Positions 1-9,549 of a DNA stretch of 64,000 bases are shown here, one piece after another. The stretch covers positions 448,001 to 512,000 of the forward strand of contig CAWEZH010000003.1 of NCBI GenBank assembly GCA_963813535.1, given 5' to 3'. The notes under the pieces were generated by a model. The model ran no database searches and had not been told where the DNA came from. It saw only the letters and a program-made list of their open reading frames with translations. Every line of letters begins with the position of its first letter. The stretch's first letter is position 1. Made by a program: the position numbers and the translations under genes. Source of the DNA: an uncultured Chloroflexia bacterium. GTDB taxonomy: Bacteria > Chloroflexota > Limnocylindria > Limnocylindrales > CSP1-4.

Positions 1-1
1 C

Positions 2-466
2 GTGACGCTGCCGATCCTGTCGCGCCTGTTCCCGCGACTCGTCGTGCGGACGTCGACCGAGCGGGCGATCGGGGCGCGCTACGTGGACCAGCTCCACATC
101 CGGGCGACCAGTGTCGACCAGCTCGCGAGTGCGCTGTCGGGCGGCAACCAGCAGAAGGTGGTGCTCGGCAAGTGGCTGGCATCCGAGCCACGGGTGCTCA
201 TCCTCGACGAGCCGACCCGCGGCATCGACATCGGCGCGAAGGTCGAGGTCCATCGGATCATCTCGGAGCTCGCCGCGTCCGGCCTCGCGATCATCCTCAT
301 CTCGAGCGACCTCCCCGAGGTCCTGGCGATGTCCGACCGGATCCTCGTCCTCCACGAGGGCGCCGTCGCTGCCGAGATCCCGCGGGCCGATGCGACCGAG
401 GAATCGGTGATGTTCGCGGCGACGGCCCAGGCGAGCCACGACCCATCGGTGAACGCGGATGTCTGA
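2..466 (+). CDS. rhaT: Sugar (rhamnose) ABC transporter ATP-binding protein, C-terminal part (5' truncated by window)
   Basis: LSGGNQQKVVLGKWL, ILDEPTRGIDIGAK, ISSDLPE motifs of CUT2 ATPases; upstream of rha permeases. Confidence 0.85.
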   Translation: MTLPILSRLFPRLVVRTSTERAIGARYVDQLHIRATSVDQLASALSGGNQQKVVLGKWLASEPRVLILDEPTRGIDIGAKVEVHRIISELAASGLAIILISSDLPEVLAMSDRILVLHEGAVAAEIPRADATEESVMFAATAQASHDPSVNADV

Positions 467-1487
467 CGTCGCGACGGTCGCCCAGGCACCGACCTCCGGC
501 CCCTTCACGCGCGTGCTGGGCGCGGCAGCGCGACAGCGGGAGCTCAGCCTCCTGGTGATCCTGCTGGCCATGGGCGTGCTCGTGGCGATCCGGGCCCCAC
601 AGGTGCTGTCCGTCTCGAACCTCACCGATGTCACGGTGCTCGCCTCGATCATCGCCATCGCCGCGGTGGGCGAGGCGATGGTGGTGATCACCCGCAACGT
701 CGACCTGTCGGTCGAGGCGGTGATCGGGCTCGTCGCCTTCGCGGTGGCGGCCGTGCTCGCCAACCGGTCGCTGGACGCCCCCGCGGCGATGGCGTTCGGC
801 GTCGGCCTGGGCCTGGTGCTCGGGATGATCAACGGCATCGTGGTTGCCGGGTTCCACGTGCCCTCGATCGTGGCGACGCTGGGTACGCTGAGCATCTACC
901 GCGGGATCGACTTCCTGCTCGCCGGCGGCAAACAGATCACGCTGACACAGCTGCCTCCCGGGTACACCGCCGCGGCCCGCTCGACGCTGGTGGGCATCCC
1001 CGTGTTCGTGCTGATCGCTCTCGCGATCGTGGTCGTGTGCGCTGTGGTCCTGCGCCAGACGCGCTTCGGTCGGTCGGTCTACGCGGTCGGCAGCAACCCC
1101 GAGGCGGCGGGCATCCTCGGCATCCGGACCGGACTCGTCACGTTCATCGTGTTTTCGGTGTGCGGGCTCCTGTCGGGCATCGCCGGCGTCATGTGGGGCA
1201 TCCTCTTCGGGACCATCAACGCGACCGCCGCGACCGGCGTCACGCTCCAGGTCGTGGCCGCGGTCGTCGTCGGCGGCGTCAATATCTTCGGCGGGTCGGG
1301 CACGGTCGTCGGGGCCGCGCTCGGCGCCCTGTTCCTCGGCTTCATCTCCAACGCGTTGATCCTGCTGCGCCTGTCGCAGTTCTGGCTCCAGGCCCTGTAC
1401 GGCGTGGTGATCCTCATCGCCGTCGCGGTCGATGCCGTCCTTCTCCGACGGTTCCAGCGGTCCGCCACCGCACGGCGCCGGCGATGA
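459..1487 (+). CDS. rhaP: Sugar ABC transporter permease (rhamnose)
   Basis: BPD_transp_2 motifs (NVDLSV, VPSIVATLGTL, TRFGRSVYAVGSNPEAA, VVVGGVNIFGGSG). Confidence 0.88.
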   Translation: MSDVATVAQAPTSGPFTRVLGAAARQRELSLLVILLAMGVLVAIRAPQVLSVSNLTDVTVLASIIAIAAVGEAMVVITRNVDLSVEAVIGLVAFAVAAVLANRSLDAPAAMAFGVGLGLVLGMINGIVVAGFHVPSIVATLGTLSIYRGIDFLLAGGKQITLTQLPPGYTAAARSTLVGIPVFVLIALAIVVVCAVVLRQTRFGRSVYAVGSNPEAAGILGIRTGLVTFIVFSVCGLLSGIAGVMWGILFGTINATAATGVTLQVVAAVVVGGVNIFGGSGTVVGAALGALFLGFISNALILLRLSQFWLQALYGVVILIAVAVDAVLLRRFQRSATARRRR

Positions 1488-2521
1488 GCGCCAGCGGACG
1501 CGGCCTCCTGCAGTCACTGGCGCGCTGGGAAGTGCTCCTCGCCGCCGTGCTCATCGCGCTCCTCTGGATCGGGTCGACCGTGTCCCCGGTCTTCCTGTCC
1601 GGGCGCAACTTCGCCAACCTCATATCGGCCGTCATCGAGGTCGCGATCATGTCGCTGCCGATGGCGCTGATCATCATCGCCGGGGAGATCGACCTCTCGG
1701 TCGAGTCGATGGTCGGCCTGTCGGCGTCGGTCCTTGGTGCTCTCTACGCTGGCGGGACGCCGATCGAGCTCGCGATCCCGATCGTCCTGGTGATCGGCGC
1801 CCTCGGCGGGCTGCTCAACGGCATCCTCGTGACCCGCATGCGGCTGCCGTCGCTGGTCGTGACCCTGGGTACGCTCGCGCTGTACCGCGGCCTCGCACTC
1901 ATCGTCCTCGAGTCACGCGGCATCAGCGAGTTCCCGACATGGTTCACGACCTTCGGGTTCGGGACCGTACCGGGCCTGCCGCTGCCGTGGCCATTCGTCG
2001 TCTATCTCGGCATCGCGCTCGTCCTCGCCGTGCTCCTGCACGGAACCTGGATCGGACGCCAGATCTACGCGATCGGCAAGAACCAGGCCGCGTCGCGCTT
2101 CTCGGGCGTTCGCGTCGCCCGCATCAAACTCTGGCTGTTCGTTCTGTCCGGGACCGTCGCGGCGCTGGCGGGCGTGATCCTCACCGCCCGCTTCGCCAGC
2201 GCCCGGGCCGACGTCGGCATCGGTCTCACCCTCGTCGTCGTGACGATCGTGTTGCTCGGGGGCGTCGACATCTTCGGCGGCCGCGGCACGATCCCGGGGG
2301 TCGTTCTCGCATTCTTCACGTTGGCCGTGCTGGGCAATGTCCTGCGGCTGACGAACGTGTCCTCCGACATCCAGAGCATCGTCGTCGGACTGCTGCTCAT
2401 CGTGTCGGTGGTCATCCCCACTCTTGCTCGCCGGGTCAAGGAGGCATACGACCGGACTCAAGGAGGTCGGCGCGTGCCGACCGGGTCGGTCGGAGGGCCA
2501 GGTGAGGTCGTCGGTCCATGA
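1484..2521 (+). CDS. rhaQ: Sugar ABC transporter permease (rhamnose)
   Basis: ATGA overlap with previous stop; EIDLSV, LPSLVVTLGT, GRQIYAIGKN motifs. Confidence 0.88.
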   Translation: MSASGRGLLQSLARWEVLLAAVLIALLWIGSTVSPVFLSGRNFANLISAVIEVAIMSLPMALIIIAGEIDLSVESMVGLSASVLGALYAGGTPIELAIPIVLVIGALGGLLNGILVTRMRLPSLVVTLGTLALYRGLALIVLESRGISEFPTWFTTFGFGTVPGLPLPWPFVVYLGIALVLAVLLHGTWIGRQIYAIGKNQAASRFSGVRVARIKLWLFVLSGTVAALAGVILTARFASARADVGIGLTLVVVTIVLLGGVDIFGGRGTIPGVVLAFFTLAVLGNVLRLTNVSSDIQSIVVGLLLIVSVVIPTLARRVKEAYDRTQGGRRVPTGSVGGPGEVVGP

Positions 2522-2538
2522 GCGAAGGAGGAAATGCT

Positions 2539-3642
2539 TTGATCTGGCAACGATCCGGGCGGTTCGCCGCCCTGCTAGCCGGCGCTGCGATCGTGGTCGC
2601 CGCGTGCGGCACGACAGCGTCGTCATCAGCGCCCAGTGCGGCGTCCGCGGAGCCATCCGCTCCGGCATCGAGCGAGGCTTCGCCATCCGGGAGTGCCGCT
2701 GCCGGTGGCGCGACCTCCGTCACGTTCATCCCCAAGCAGATCAACAACCCGTACTTCGACGCAGCCAAGGAAGGCGCCGACAAGGCGGCCACGGAGCTTG
2801 GGGGCAGCGTCACCCAGGTCGGTCCCAGCGCCGCCACCGAGGCGCAGGCCTCGTATATCCAGGACGCTACGACACAGGGCGTGAGCGCGATCGCGATCTC
2901 CGCCAATGACCCGAACGCCGTCGTGCCGGCGCTCGAGGCGGCCAAGGCGGCCGGGATCAAGGTCGTGGGCTACGACTCGAGCCCGGCGGCCGGCGCCTAC
3001 GACGTGTTCGTCAACCAGACGGACTTCAGCCTCATCGGCCAGTCGATGGCGGACTGGGCATGCAATCTCGCCCCGAGTTGCACAGGCGAGGTCGCCATCC
3101 TGTCGGCCGCCGCCACGGCGACGAACCAGAACGCCTGGATCGAGACCATGACGGGCATCCTGGCCGGCGACAAGTACAAGGGCCTCCAGCTCGTCGACAC
3201 GGTCTACGGCGACGACGACCCGCAGAAGAGCACGACCCAGGCACAGGCGCTCCTGCAGGCTCATCCGAACCTCAAGGTCATCGTCGCGCCGACGACCGTC
3301 GGGATCCTGGCGGCCGCCGAGGTGGTCAGCCAGGCCGGCAAGTCGAACGACATCAAGGTCACCGGTCTCGGCTTCCCGAAGCAGATGGCGGCGTACGTCA
3401 AGGACGGGACGTCACCCGAGTTCGGGCTCTGGAGCGTGCCGGACCTCGGCTACCTCACCTTCTTCGTGGCCGACGCTCTCGTGAAGGGCACGATCACCGG
3501 CGCCGTCGGTGACGAGCTCACGGTCCCGAGCCTCAACGATGGGAAGCCGTACACGATCGGTGAGAACAACACGATCATCCTCGGCCCGCCCCTGACCTTC
3601 AACGCGGAAAACATCGACTCGCAACAGTGGGGTCCGGGCTGA
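2539..3642 (+). CDS. rhaS: Rhamnose ABC transporter substrate-binding lipoprotein
   Basis: TTG start 7 nt after AAGGAGG (alternative ATG 2518); lipobox VVAAC; PKQINNPYF, SAAATATNQNAWI, VAPTTVGI typical of RhaS-type Peripla_BP_4. Confidence 0.88.
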   Translation: MIWQRSGRFAALLAGAAIVVAACGTTASSSAPSAASAEPSAPASSEASPSGSAAAGGATSVTFIPKQINNPYFDAAKEGADKAATELGGSVTQVGPSAATEAQASYIQDATTQGVSAIAISANDPNAVVPALEAAKAAGIKVVGYDSSPAAGAYDVFVNQTDFSLIGQSMADWACNLAPSCTGEVAILSAAATATNQNAWIETMTGILAGDKYKGLQLVDTVYGDDDPQKSTTQAQALLQAHPNLKVIVAPTTVGILAAAEVVSQAGKSNDIKVTGLGFPKQMAAYVKDGTSPEFGLWSVPDLGYLTFFVADALVKGTITGAVGDELTVPSLNDGKPYTIGENNTIILGPPLTFNAENIDSQQWGPG

Positions 3643-3659
3643 CCGACCCCGCTTGACCA

Positions 3660-3692
3660 GTCCGGATCCGGGGCGCCGCCCCGGGTCCGGAC
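3660..3692 (+). terminator. 15-bp GC-rich stem-loop after binding-protein gene (partial terminator or mRNA stabiliser)
   Basis: gtccggatccggggc-gcc-gccccgggtccggac, one G-U pair; no U-tract. Confidence 0.6.
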
Positions 3693-3710
3693 ATCCAAGA
3701 GGTGACATCG

Positions 3711-4025
3711 ATGGAGCGCGTCGGCTTCGTGATGCGGCTGCTTCCGGGCCAGGAGGCCGAGTATCGCCGGCGCCACGCCGCGGTCTGGCCGGAGATGCTC
3801 GATGCGCTGCGTGCCGCCGGCGCTCACGACTACTCGATCTTCCTGCGCGGCGAGGACCTGTTCGGGTATCTCGAGGTCGACGACCTCGAGCGCTTCCAGC
3901 GGGAGATCGCCGCCAGCGACGTCAACACCAGCTGGCAACGGGAGATGGCGGGCCTCATCGACCCGTTGATGGACCCGGCGACCGGGTTCCATCGGCGGCT
4001 CGACGAGGTGTTCCATCTGGACTGA
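3711..4025 (+). CDS. rhaM: L-rhamnose mutarotase
   Basis: EYRRRHAAVWPEML, DYSIFL, WQREM, EVFHLD motifs. Confidence 0.92.
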   Translation: MERVGFVMRLLPGQEAEYRRRHAAVWPEMLDALRAAGAHDYSIFLRGEDLFGYLEVDDLERFQREIAASDVNTSWQREMAGLIDPLMDPATGFHRRLDEVFHLD

Positions 4026-4071
4026 GAGCCGCTGACCGGATCGGGAGTAAGGTCCGGACGGAGGAGACGGC

Positions 4072-5292
4072 ATGAGCGATAGCGCCACGGTCCCGGGGAC
4101 GCGCCCCTCGAGCGACCTCGACCGGATCCGCTGGGCGACGACGGGCCTGGCCGTCGAGATCCCGTCGTGGGGGTTCGTCAACACGGGGACCCGTTTTCGG
4201 GTCTTCCCGCAACCGGGCGTCCCGCGCGACCCGTTCGAGAAGATCGAGGACGCGGCCACCGTCGCTCGCTACACGGGCATCGCCAAGACGGTCGCCCTGC
4301 ACATCCCGTGGGACGCGGTCGACGACTACGCGGGTCTGGCGTCGTTCGCCACTGAGCGAGGCATCCGGATCGGCGGCATCAACTCCAACACATTCCAGGA
4401 CGAGGACTACAAGCTCGGCTCGCTGTGTCATCCCGACGCCCGGGTCCGGCGCAAGGCGATCGACGCCATCGTCGGGTGCTGCGAGATCGCGCGCCAGACC
4501 GGATCGGACATCGTCAAGGTGTGGCTGTCGGACGGGACGAACTACCCGGGTCAGGACGACTTCCGAGCGCGACGGCGGCGCCTCATCGACGGCCTGACCG
4601 AGGTCTACGCGGCGCTCCCCGAGACGGCGCGCATGGTGCTCGAGTACAAGCTCTACGAGCCCGCGTTCTATCACACCGACGTGCAGGACTGGGGTCAGTC
4701 GCTGTCCGTCTGCCAGCACCTCGGCGAACGGGCGCAGGTGTGTGTCGACACCGGCCATCACGCGATGGGTGTCAACATCGAGCAGATCGTCGCGATCCTG
4801 CTCCAGGAGGGCCGCCTCGGCGCGTTCGACCTGAACGACAAGAAGTACGGCGACGACGATCTCATCGTCGGCAGCATCGACCCGTACCAGCTGTTCCGGA
4901 TCTTCCACGAGCTCGTCACCGCGATGCAGGACGGATCCGATCAGATCGCCCGGACGACCGCCGAACGTGTCGTCTACATGCTCGACCAGTGCCACAACAT
5001 CGAGCCGAAGATCCCGGCGATGATCCGCTCGGTCATGACGCTCCAGGAGACCATGGCCCGGGCGTTGTTGGTCGATCACGAGGCGCTTCGCGCGGCGCAG
5101 GCAGCGGGCGACGTCCTCGAGGCCAACCGCCAGCTCCAGGATGCCTTCCAGACCGACGTCCGGCCGCTGCTCGCCGAGCTGCGGCGGGAGCAGGGCCTGT
5201 CCGAGGACCCGTACCGCGCCTACCTCGACAGCGGTGAGGCGGAGGCGCGTGACGCCGCGCGCGCGGGCGGCGTCGCGGCAGGGTGGGGCTGA
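4072..5292 (+). CDS. rhaI: L-rhamnose isomerase (RhaI/Streptomyces-type, xylose isomerase-like TIM barrel)
   Basis: EIPSWGFVNTGTRF, ALHIPWD, DGTNYPGQ, EYKLYEP, DTGHH, DQCHNIEPKIP. Confidence 0.92.
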   Translation: MSDSATVPGTRPSSDLDRIRWATTGLAVEIPSWGFVNTGTRFRVFPQPGVPRDPFEKIEDAATVARYTGIAKTVALHIPWDAVDDYAGLASFATERGIRIGGINSNTFQDEDYKLGSLCHPDARVRRKAIDAIVGCCEIARQTGSDIVKVWLSDGTNYPGQDDFRARRRRLIDGLTEVYAALPETARMVLEYKLYEPAFYHTDVQDWGQSLSVCQHLGERAQVCVDTGHHAMGVNIEQIVAILLQEGRLGAFDLNDKKYGDDDLIVGSIDPYQLFRIFHELVTAMQDGSDQIARTTAERVVYMLDQCHNIEPKIPAMIRSVMTLQETMARALLVDHEALRAAQAAGDVLEANRQLQDAFQTDVRPLLAELRREQGLSEDPYRAYLDSGEAEARDAARAGGVAAGWG

Positions 5293-6227
5293 TGGCACTC
5301 GCACAGCAACTGCTGCCCAGCCGACGCCATGACCCGAACTGGGTCCTCAACCGGCTGGCGACCACGTACATCCCGGAGGACTCGGCCGTCGGGATCTTCC
5401 GGGCACACCACTTCCCGACGACACCCTGGCACCTCCACGATTTCTACGAGCTCGCCGTCGTCGAGTGCGGTACGGCGTTCCATGTCAGCGACAGGGGGAT
5501 CGAGCAGGTCGGGCGCGGGACCGTGCTGTTCGTGCCGCCGGGTGTGGGCCACGAGTACCGGTTCTGCACCGATGTGCAGGTCTACAACTGCCTGTTCCGC
5601 GCGGAGCTCGCGGAGGCCGAGCTCATGTGGGCGTTCCGCGATGGCCATCTAAGCGCGTTGTTCGACCCTGCCCATGGCACGCGCGCGCAGGCGAGCGATC
5701 CCATCGTGCGGGCCCAGCTGTCGGATCCCGACCTGGACCGGGTGATCGATGCCCTCGAGCCGATCAACCTGCATAGCCCGGACGCCGGGACCTGGGCCGG
5801 ACAGATCGGTCGTCTCCTGCTCGCCCTCGACATCGTCGCCACGGCCGCACGCGAGGCCTCCCGGGGGGACGCGCCCGAGCGGACCATGCCGGCCGCCGTT
5901 GCCGCCGCACTCGCCCTCATCGAGCGCGACATCACCTACCCCTGGACGCTGACCAAGCTGAGCCGGCTGACGTACGTCACTCCCGCCCACCTTGCGCGCA
6001 CGTTCGCGCGCTGCCTCGGTCTGCCGCCGATGCACTACCTCTCGCGCCTGCGGGCAGAGCGGGCCGCCGTGATGCTGGCCCGGACGGATGACCCTGTCGC
6101 GTCGATCGGCGCGGCCGTCGGTTGGGTGGATCCGGCGTATTTTTCCCGCAGGTTCCGCGTGGCGTTCGGCACGAGTCCGCGCGAGTACCGCCAGCGTCAT
6201 CACGTGGGGCGGCCACCGCGCGAGTAG
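5292..6227 (+). CDS. AraC-family transcriptional regulator (RhaR/RhaS-like)
   Basis: N-terminal cupin HLHDFYEL; C-terminal HTH VGWVDPAYFSRRFRVAFGTSPREYR; TGATG coupling to rhaI. Confidence 0.88.
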   Translation: MALAQQLLPSRRHDPNWVLNRLATTYIPEDSAVGIFRAHHFPTTPWHLHDFYELAVVECGTAFHVSDRGIEQVGRGTVLFVPPGVGHEYRFCTDVQVYNCLFRAELAEAELMWAFRDGHLSALFDPAHGTRAQASDPIVRAQLSDPDLDRVIDALEPINLHSPDAGTWAGQIGRLLLALDIVATAAREASRGDAPERTMPAAVAAALALIERDITYPWTLTKLSRLTYVTPAHLARTFARCLGLPPMHYLSRLRAERAAVMLARTDDPVASIGAAVGWVDPAYFSRRFRVAFGTSPREYRQRHHVGRPPRE

Positions 6228-6239
6228 CCGCGGGGCAGC

Positions 6240-6275
6240 GCAAAGACATCCAAGAACATGTCAAGGGGAGTCAAG
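6240..6275 (+). promoter_or_regulatory. Putative AraC-family binding site (imperfect direct repeat, CAAG ends 21 bp apart)
   Basis: gcaaagacatccaag ... gtcaaggggagtcaag, AT-richer than flanks, upstream of second ABC operon. Confidence 0.4.
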
Positions 6276-6367
6276 TCGTCGCCGGCTCGGCGCTCCATCG
6301 TGTCCGGACCGGCCCTCGCCCAACGGCGCCCGGCGAATGGCCGGATATGGTTACGAGGAGGCTGCTC

Positions 6368-7729
6368 ATGCGCTCTTGGGATCTGAAACGAGGCTCCGTC
6401 CTCGTGCTGCTCGCCGCGTTCGCCGCCTCGGCGTGCAGCGGCGGGTTCGGGGGCGCGAGCGCGCCCGCATCTGCGTCGGCGGCCGCATCCGCGGAACCGT
6501 CGGCGTCTGCCAGCGCGGCGGCAGAGCCGGTCACGCTGACCTATCTGGTCGACGACACGGACGCCACGCAAGCTCGGGCGAATGCCCTTGCCGACGCGTA
6601 TACCGCCAAGCATCCGAATGTCACGTTCGACATCGAGACACGGCCCGGCGGGACCGAGGGCGACAACATCGTCAAGACGCGGCTCTCGACCGGCGAGATG
6701 ACTGACATCTTCTGGTACAACTCGGGTTCCCTGCTCCAGGCCTTGAGCCCGTCGGAGTCGCTCGTCGACATCGCCGCTGAACCATTCATCGCCAACATCG
6801 ATGAGTCCTACCTGCCCACCGTGTCGCAGGGCGACGCGATCTTCGGCGTGCCGAGCGAGACCGCCATGGGCGGCGGGATCCTGTACAACAAGAAGGTCTT
6901 TGCCGATAACGGCCTGCAGGTCCCCAAGTCGTGGGCCGAATTCGCCGCCAACAACGACAAGCTGAAGGCTGCCGGCGTCGCAGCGATCGGGGCGACGTAC
7001 GCCGACACGTGGACGTCGCAGCTGTTCGTCCTGGCCGACTTCTACAACGTGCAGAGCGCCGTCCCCGACTTCGCGGAGCAATACACGGCGAACAAGGTGC
7101 ACTACTCGGACACGCCTGCGGCGCTCGCGGGCTTCAAGCGCCTCCAGGAGGGATTCGAGAAGGGCTGGTATCAGAAGGACTTCGGCGCCGCCAAGCTCGA
7201 TGATGGGCTGAATGCACTCGCCGAGGGCACGATCGCGCAATACCCGATGCTGACCTTCACGCTCGGGACGATCAATGAGAACCATCCTGAGGCGATCCAG
7301 GACATCGGATTCTTCGGGCAGCCCGGCGAGGACGCCGCCAAGAACGGCGCCACGATCTGGATGCCGGCGGCGACCTACATCGCCAAGTCGAGCCAGAACC
7401 AGGATGTGGCCAAAGACTTCCTCGGGTTCATCGCGTCGGTCGAAGGGACCGAGGTCCTGACCGAGGCCATCGCACCATCCGGTCCCTACGTCATCAACGG
7501 GTCGAAGCTGCCCGACGACGCCCTGCCAGCGGTCAAGGACATCCAGACCTACCTGGAGAGCAACACCGCCGGCCCGGCGCTCGAGTTCCTTTCGCCAGTG
7601 AAAGGCCCGTCGCTGGAGCAGATCACGGTCGCCGTCGGCTCGGGACTCAATACGGCCGAGGAAGGCGCCAAGCTGTACGACCAGGACGTCGAGAAGCAGG
7701 CCAAGCAGCTCGGCCTACCCGGCTGGTAA
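6368..7729 (+). CDS. Carbohydrate ABC transporter substrate-binding lipoprotein (CUT1, likely rhamnoside/oligosaccharide)
   Basis: GAGGAG RBS; lipobox ASAC; GGILYNKKVF, C-terminal AKQLGLPGW. Confidence 0.88.
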   Translation: MRSWDLKRGSVLVLLAAFAASACSGGFGGASAPASASAAASAEPSASASAAAEPVTLTYLVDDTDATQARANALADAYTAKHPNVTFDIETRPGGTEGDNIVKTRLSTGEMTDIFWYNSGSLLQALSPSESLVDIAAEPFIANIDESYLPTVSQGDAIFGVPSETAMGGGILYNKKVFADNGLQVPKSWAEFAANNDKLKAAGVAAIGATYADTWTSQLFVLADFYNVQSAVPDFAEQYTANKVHYSDTPAALAGFKRLQEGFEKGWYQKDFGAAKLDDGLNALAEGTIAQYPMLTFTLGTINENHPEAIQDIGFFGQPGEDAAKNGATIWMPAATYIAKSSQNQDVAKDFLGFIASVEGTEVLTEAIAPSGPYVINGSKLPDDALPAVKDIQTYLESNTAGPALEFLSPVKGPSLEQITVAVGSGLNTAEEGAKLYDQDVEKQAKQLGLPGW

Positions 7730-7738
7730 GCGGGCGGC

Positions 7739-8716
7739 GTGGGCGTCCTCCAAACGGAGCATGACCAGGGAGTCGATCAGGCGCGATCGGCTCCCGCCGC
7801 CCGCCCCGCCGATGCCCGGCGGTCCGATGACGATGTCGTCGGCCGCCGGCATCGCAACGTCGCTGCCCTGGGGGCGTACCCCTACTGGTTCTATCTTCCA
7901 GCCGCGATCATCTTCGGCGTCATCTTCGTCCTGCCGACGCTGCTGTCGTTCTACTACAGCCTGACGCGCTGGACGTTGTTCGAGACCGAGTTCATCGGGC
8001 TCGACAACTTCTTCCAGTTCACGCGCGAACCATCACTCACCAATGGGCTCCGCAACACGTTCGTCTATGCCATCGTGACCAGTGGTCTGAAGGTCGTCCT
8101 CGGCCTCCTGCTGGCGGTCCTGCTCACGTCCAGCATCCGGGCCCGGAACGTCCTTCGCGCGATCGTGTTCTTCCCGGTGCTGGTCAGCACGGTCGCCGTC
8201 GGTATCACGTTCGCGGTGCTCATGCATCCCTCGCGCGGGCTGATCAACACCACGCTCGCCGCGGTCGGGATCGACGGACCGGCGTGGCTCATCGATCCGG
8301 ATATCGCCCTGTTGTCCGTGGCCCTGGTCGACGTCTGGAAGGGCGTCGGGATCGCCCTCGTCATCTTCATCGCGGGGATCCTGTCGATCCCCGAGGAATA
8401 CAGCGACGCGGCCAAGCTGGAGGGCGGGGCGTGGGTCCGGTTCCGACATATCATCGTGCCGCTCAGCCGCAACGCGACGTTCGCGGTGATCCTGCTCTCG
8501 TTCATCAGCGGACTTCGCACGTTCGACCTGATCTGGACGATGACCCGCGGCGGGCCGGGGTTCACGACCGACGTACTGACCTCCACGATCTACAAGCAAT
8601 ACCAGGCGGGCTTCTACGGGCTCGCGACCGCCGGCAACGTGATCCTGTTCATCGCCGTCACGGCGCTCGTGTACCCGCTGCAGCGGTTTCTCTCGAGACG
8701 GGAGATCGAGCTATGA
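7739..8716 (+). CDS. Carbohydrate ABC transporter permease
   Basis: EAA-like loop SIPEEYSDAAKLEG; FDLIWTMTRGGPG. Confidence 0.88.
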   Translation: MGVLQTEHDQGVDQARSAPAARPADARRSDDDVVGRRHRNVAALGAYPYWFYLPAAIIFGVIFVLPTLLSFYYSLTRWTLFETEFIGLDNFFQFTREPSLTNGLRNTFVYAIVTSGLKVVLGLLLAVLLTSSIRARNVLRAIVFFPVLVSTVAVGITFAVLMHPSRGLINTTLAAVGIDGPAWLIDPDIALLSVALVDVWKGVGIALVIFIAGILSIPEEYSDAAKLEGGAWVRFRHIIVPLSRNATFAVILLSFISGLRTFDLIWTMTRGGPGFTTDVLTSTIYKQYQAGFYGLATAGNVILFIAVTALVYPLQRFLSRREIEL

Positions 8717-9549
8717 GACGCATCCGCTCGATCCGGGGTTGGTGGCTCGACGGCGTGGCGTTCCTGGTGGCCGGCATCGTGTTCGTCGTGCCGTTCGTCT
8801 TCATCGTGTTCACCGCCGCCAAGGATCGCGCGGAAGCGTCGGGTCTCCGCTTCAGCCCACCGACCGACTGGCAGCTGATCCCGAACATCCTCGAGGTCAT
8901 CGGCTTCAGGAACGACCTGATGGTCACGGCGCTGCGGAATAGCCTCATCCTGACCGTCCTGTCGGTGGCGCTCATCGTGGTCTTTGCAGCGATGGTCGGG
9001 TTCGTCCTGCAGCGCCGGCGCGATAGGGCGGCGCGCGTCGTGAGCGCCCTGGTCCTGGCCGGGCTGATCATCCCGCCCGCCATCGTCCCGACGATCTACG
9101 TCCTGCAGTCGATCGGGCTGTTCAAGACGCTGATCGGCCTGACCCTCGTCGAGGTGGCATTCCTGCTGCCCTTCGCCATCCTGATCTTCCGGGCGTTCGT
9201 GTCGAGCATCCCGCGCGAGCTCGACGAGGCGGCGATCATCGACGGCGCCTCACCGCTCCGGCTGTTCGTCCACGTGATCTTTCCACTTCTGCGGCCTGCG
9301 GTGATCACCGTGATCGTGGTCGCGTCGGTGGCGATCTACAACGACTTCGTCAACCCGCTGTACTTCCTGCCCGGGAACGAGAACGCCACGGCGCAGCTGA
9401 CGCTGTTCGCGTTCCAGAGCCAGTTCAACACGCGCTGGAACCTACTGTTCGCGGACGTGCTGCTGATCACGATCCCGCCGCTCATCATGTTCATCTTCTT
9501 CCAACGCCAGATCGTTTCCGGGATGGCTGCAGGAGCGGTCAAAGGGTGA
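8713..9549 (+). CDS. Carbohydrate ABC transporter permease
   Basis: IPRELDEAAIIDGAS; FQRQIVSGMAAGAVKG; ATGA overlap. Confidence 0.9.
   Translation: MRRIRSIRGWWLDGVAFLVAGIVFVVPFVFIVFTAAKDRAEASGLRFSPPTDWQLIPNILEVIGFRNDLMVTALRNSLILTVLSVALIVVFAAMVGFVLQRRRDRAARVVSALVLAGLIIPPAIVPTIYVLQSIGLFKTLIGLTLVEVAFLLPFAILIFRAFVSSIPRELDEAAIIDGASPLRLFVHVIFPLLRPAVITVIVVASVAIYNDFVNPLYFLPGNENATAQLTLFAFQSQFNTRWNLLFADVLLITIPPLIMFIFFQRQIVSGMAAGAVKG

Noticed and set aside
297-1517. Long antisense and alternate-frame ORFs (for example 297-1517, 22363-24213, 26219-27643, 32062-34059, 59091-60683)
   Set aside because: Expected in ~70% GC DNA; Arg/Pro/Gly-rich, no motifs, and fully overlap well-supported genes
2600-2720. 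Ser/Ala/Pro-rich repeats in binding proteins (also ~6450-6520 and ~38720-38790)
   Set aside because: Ordinary flexible linkers after the lipobox, not DNA repeats
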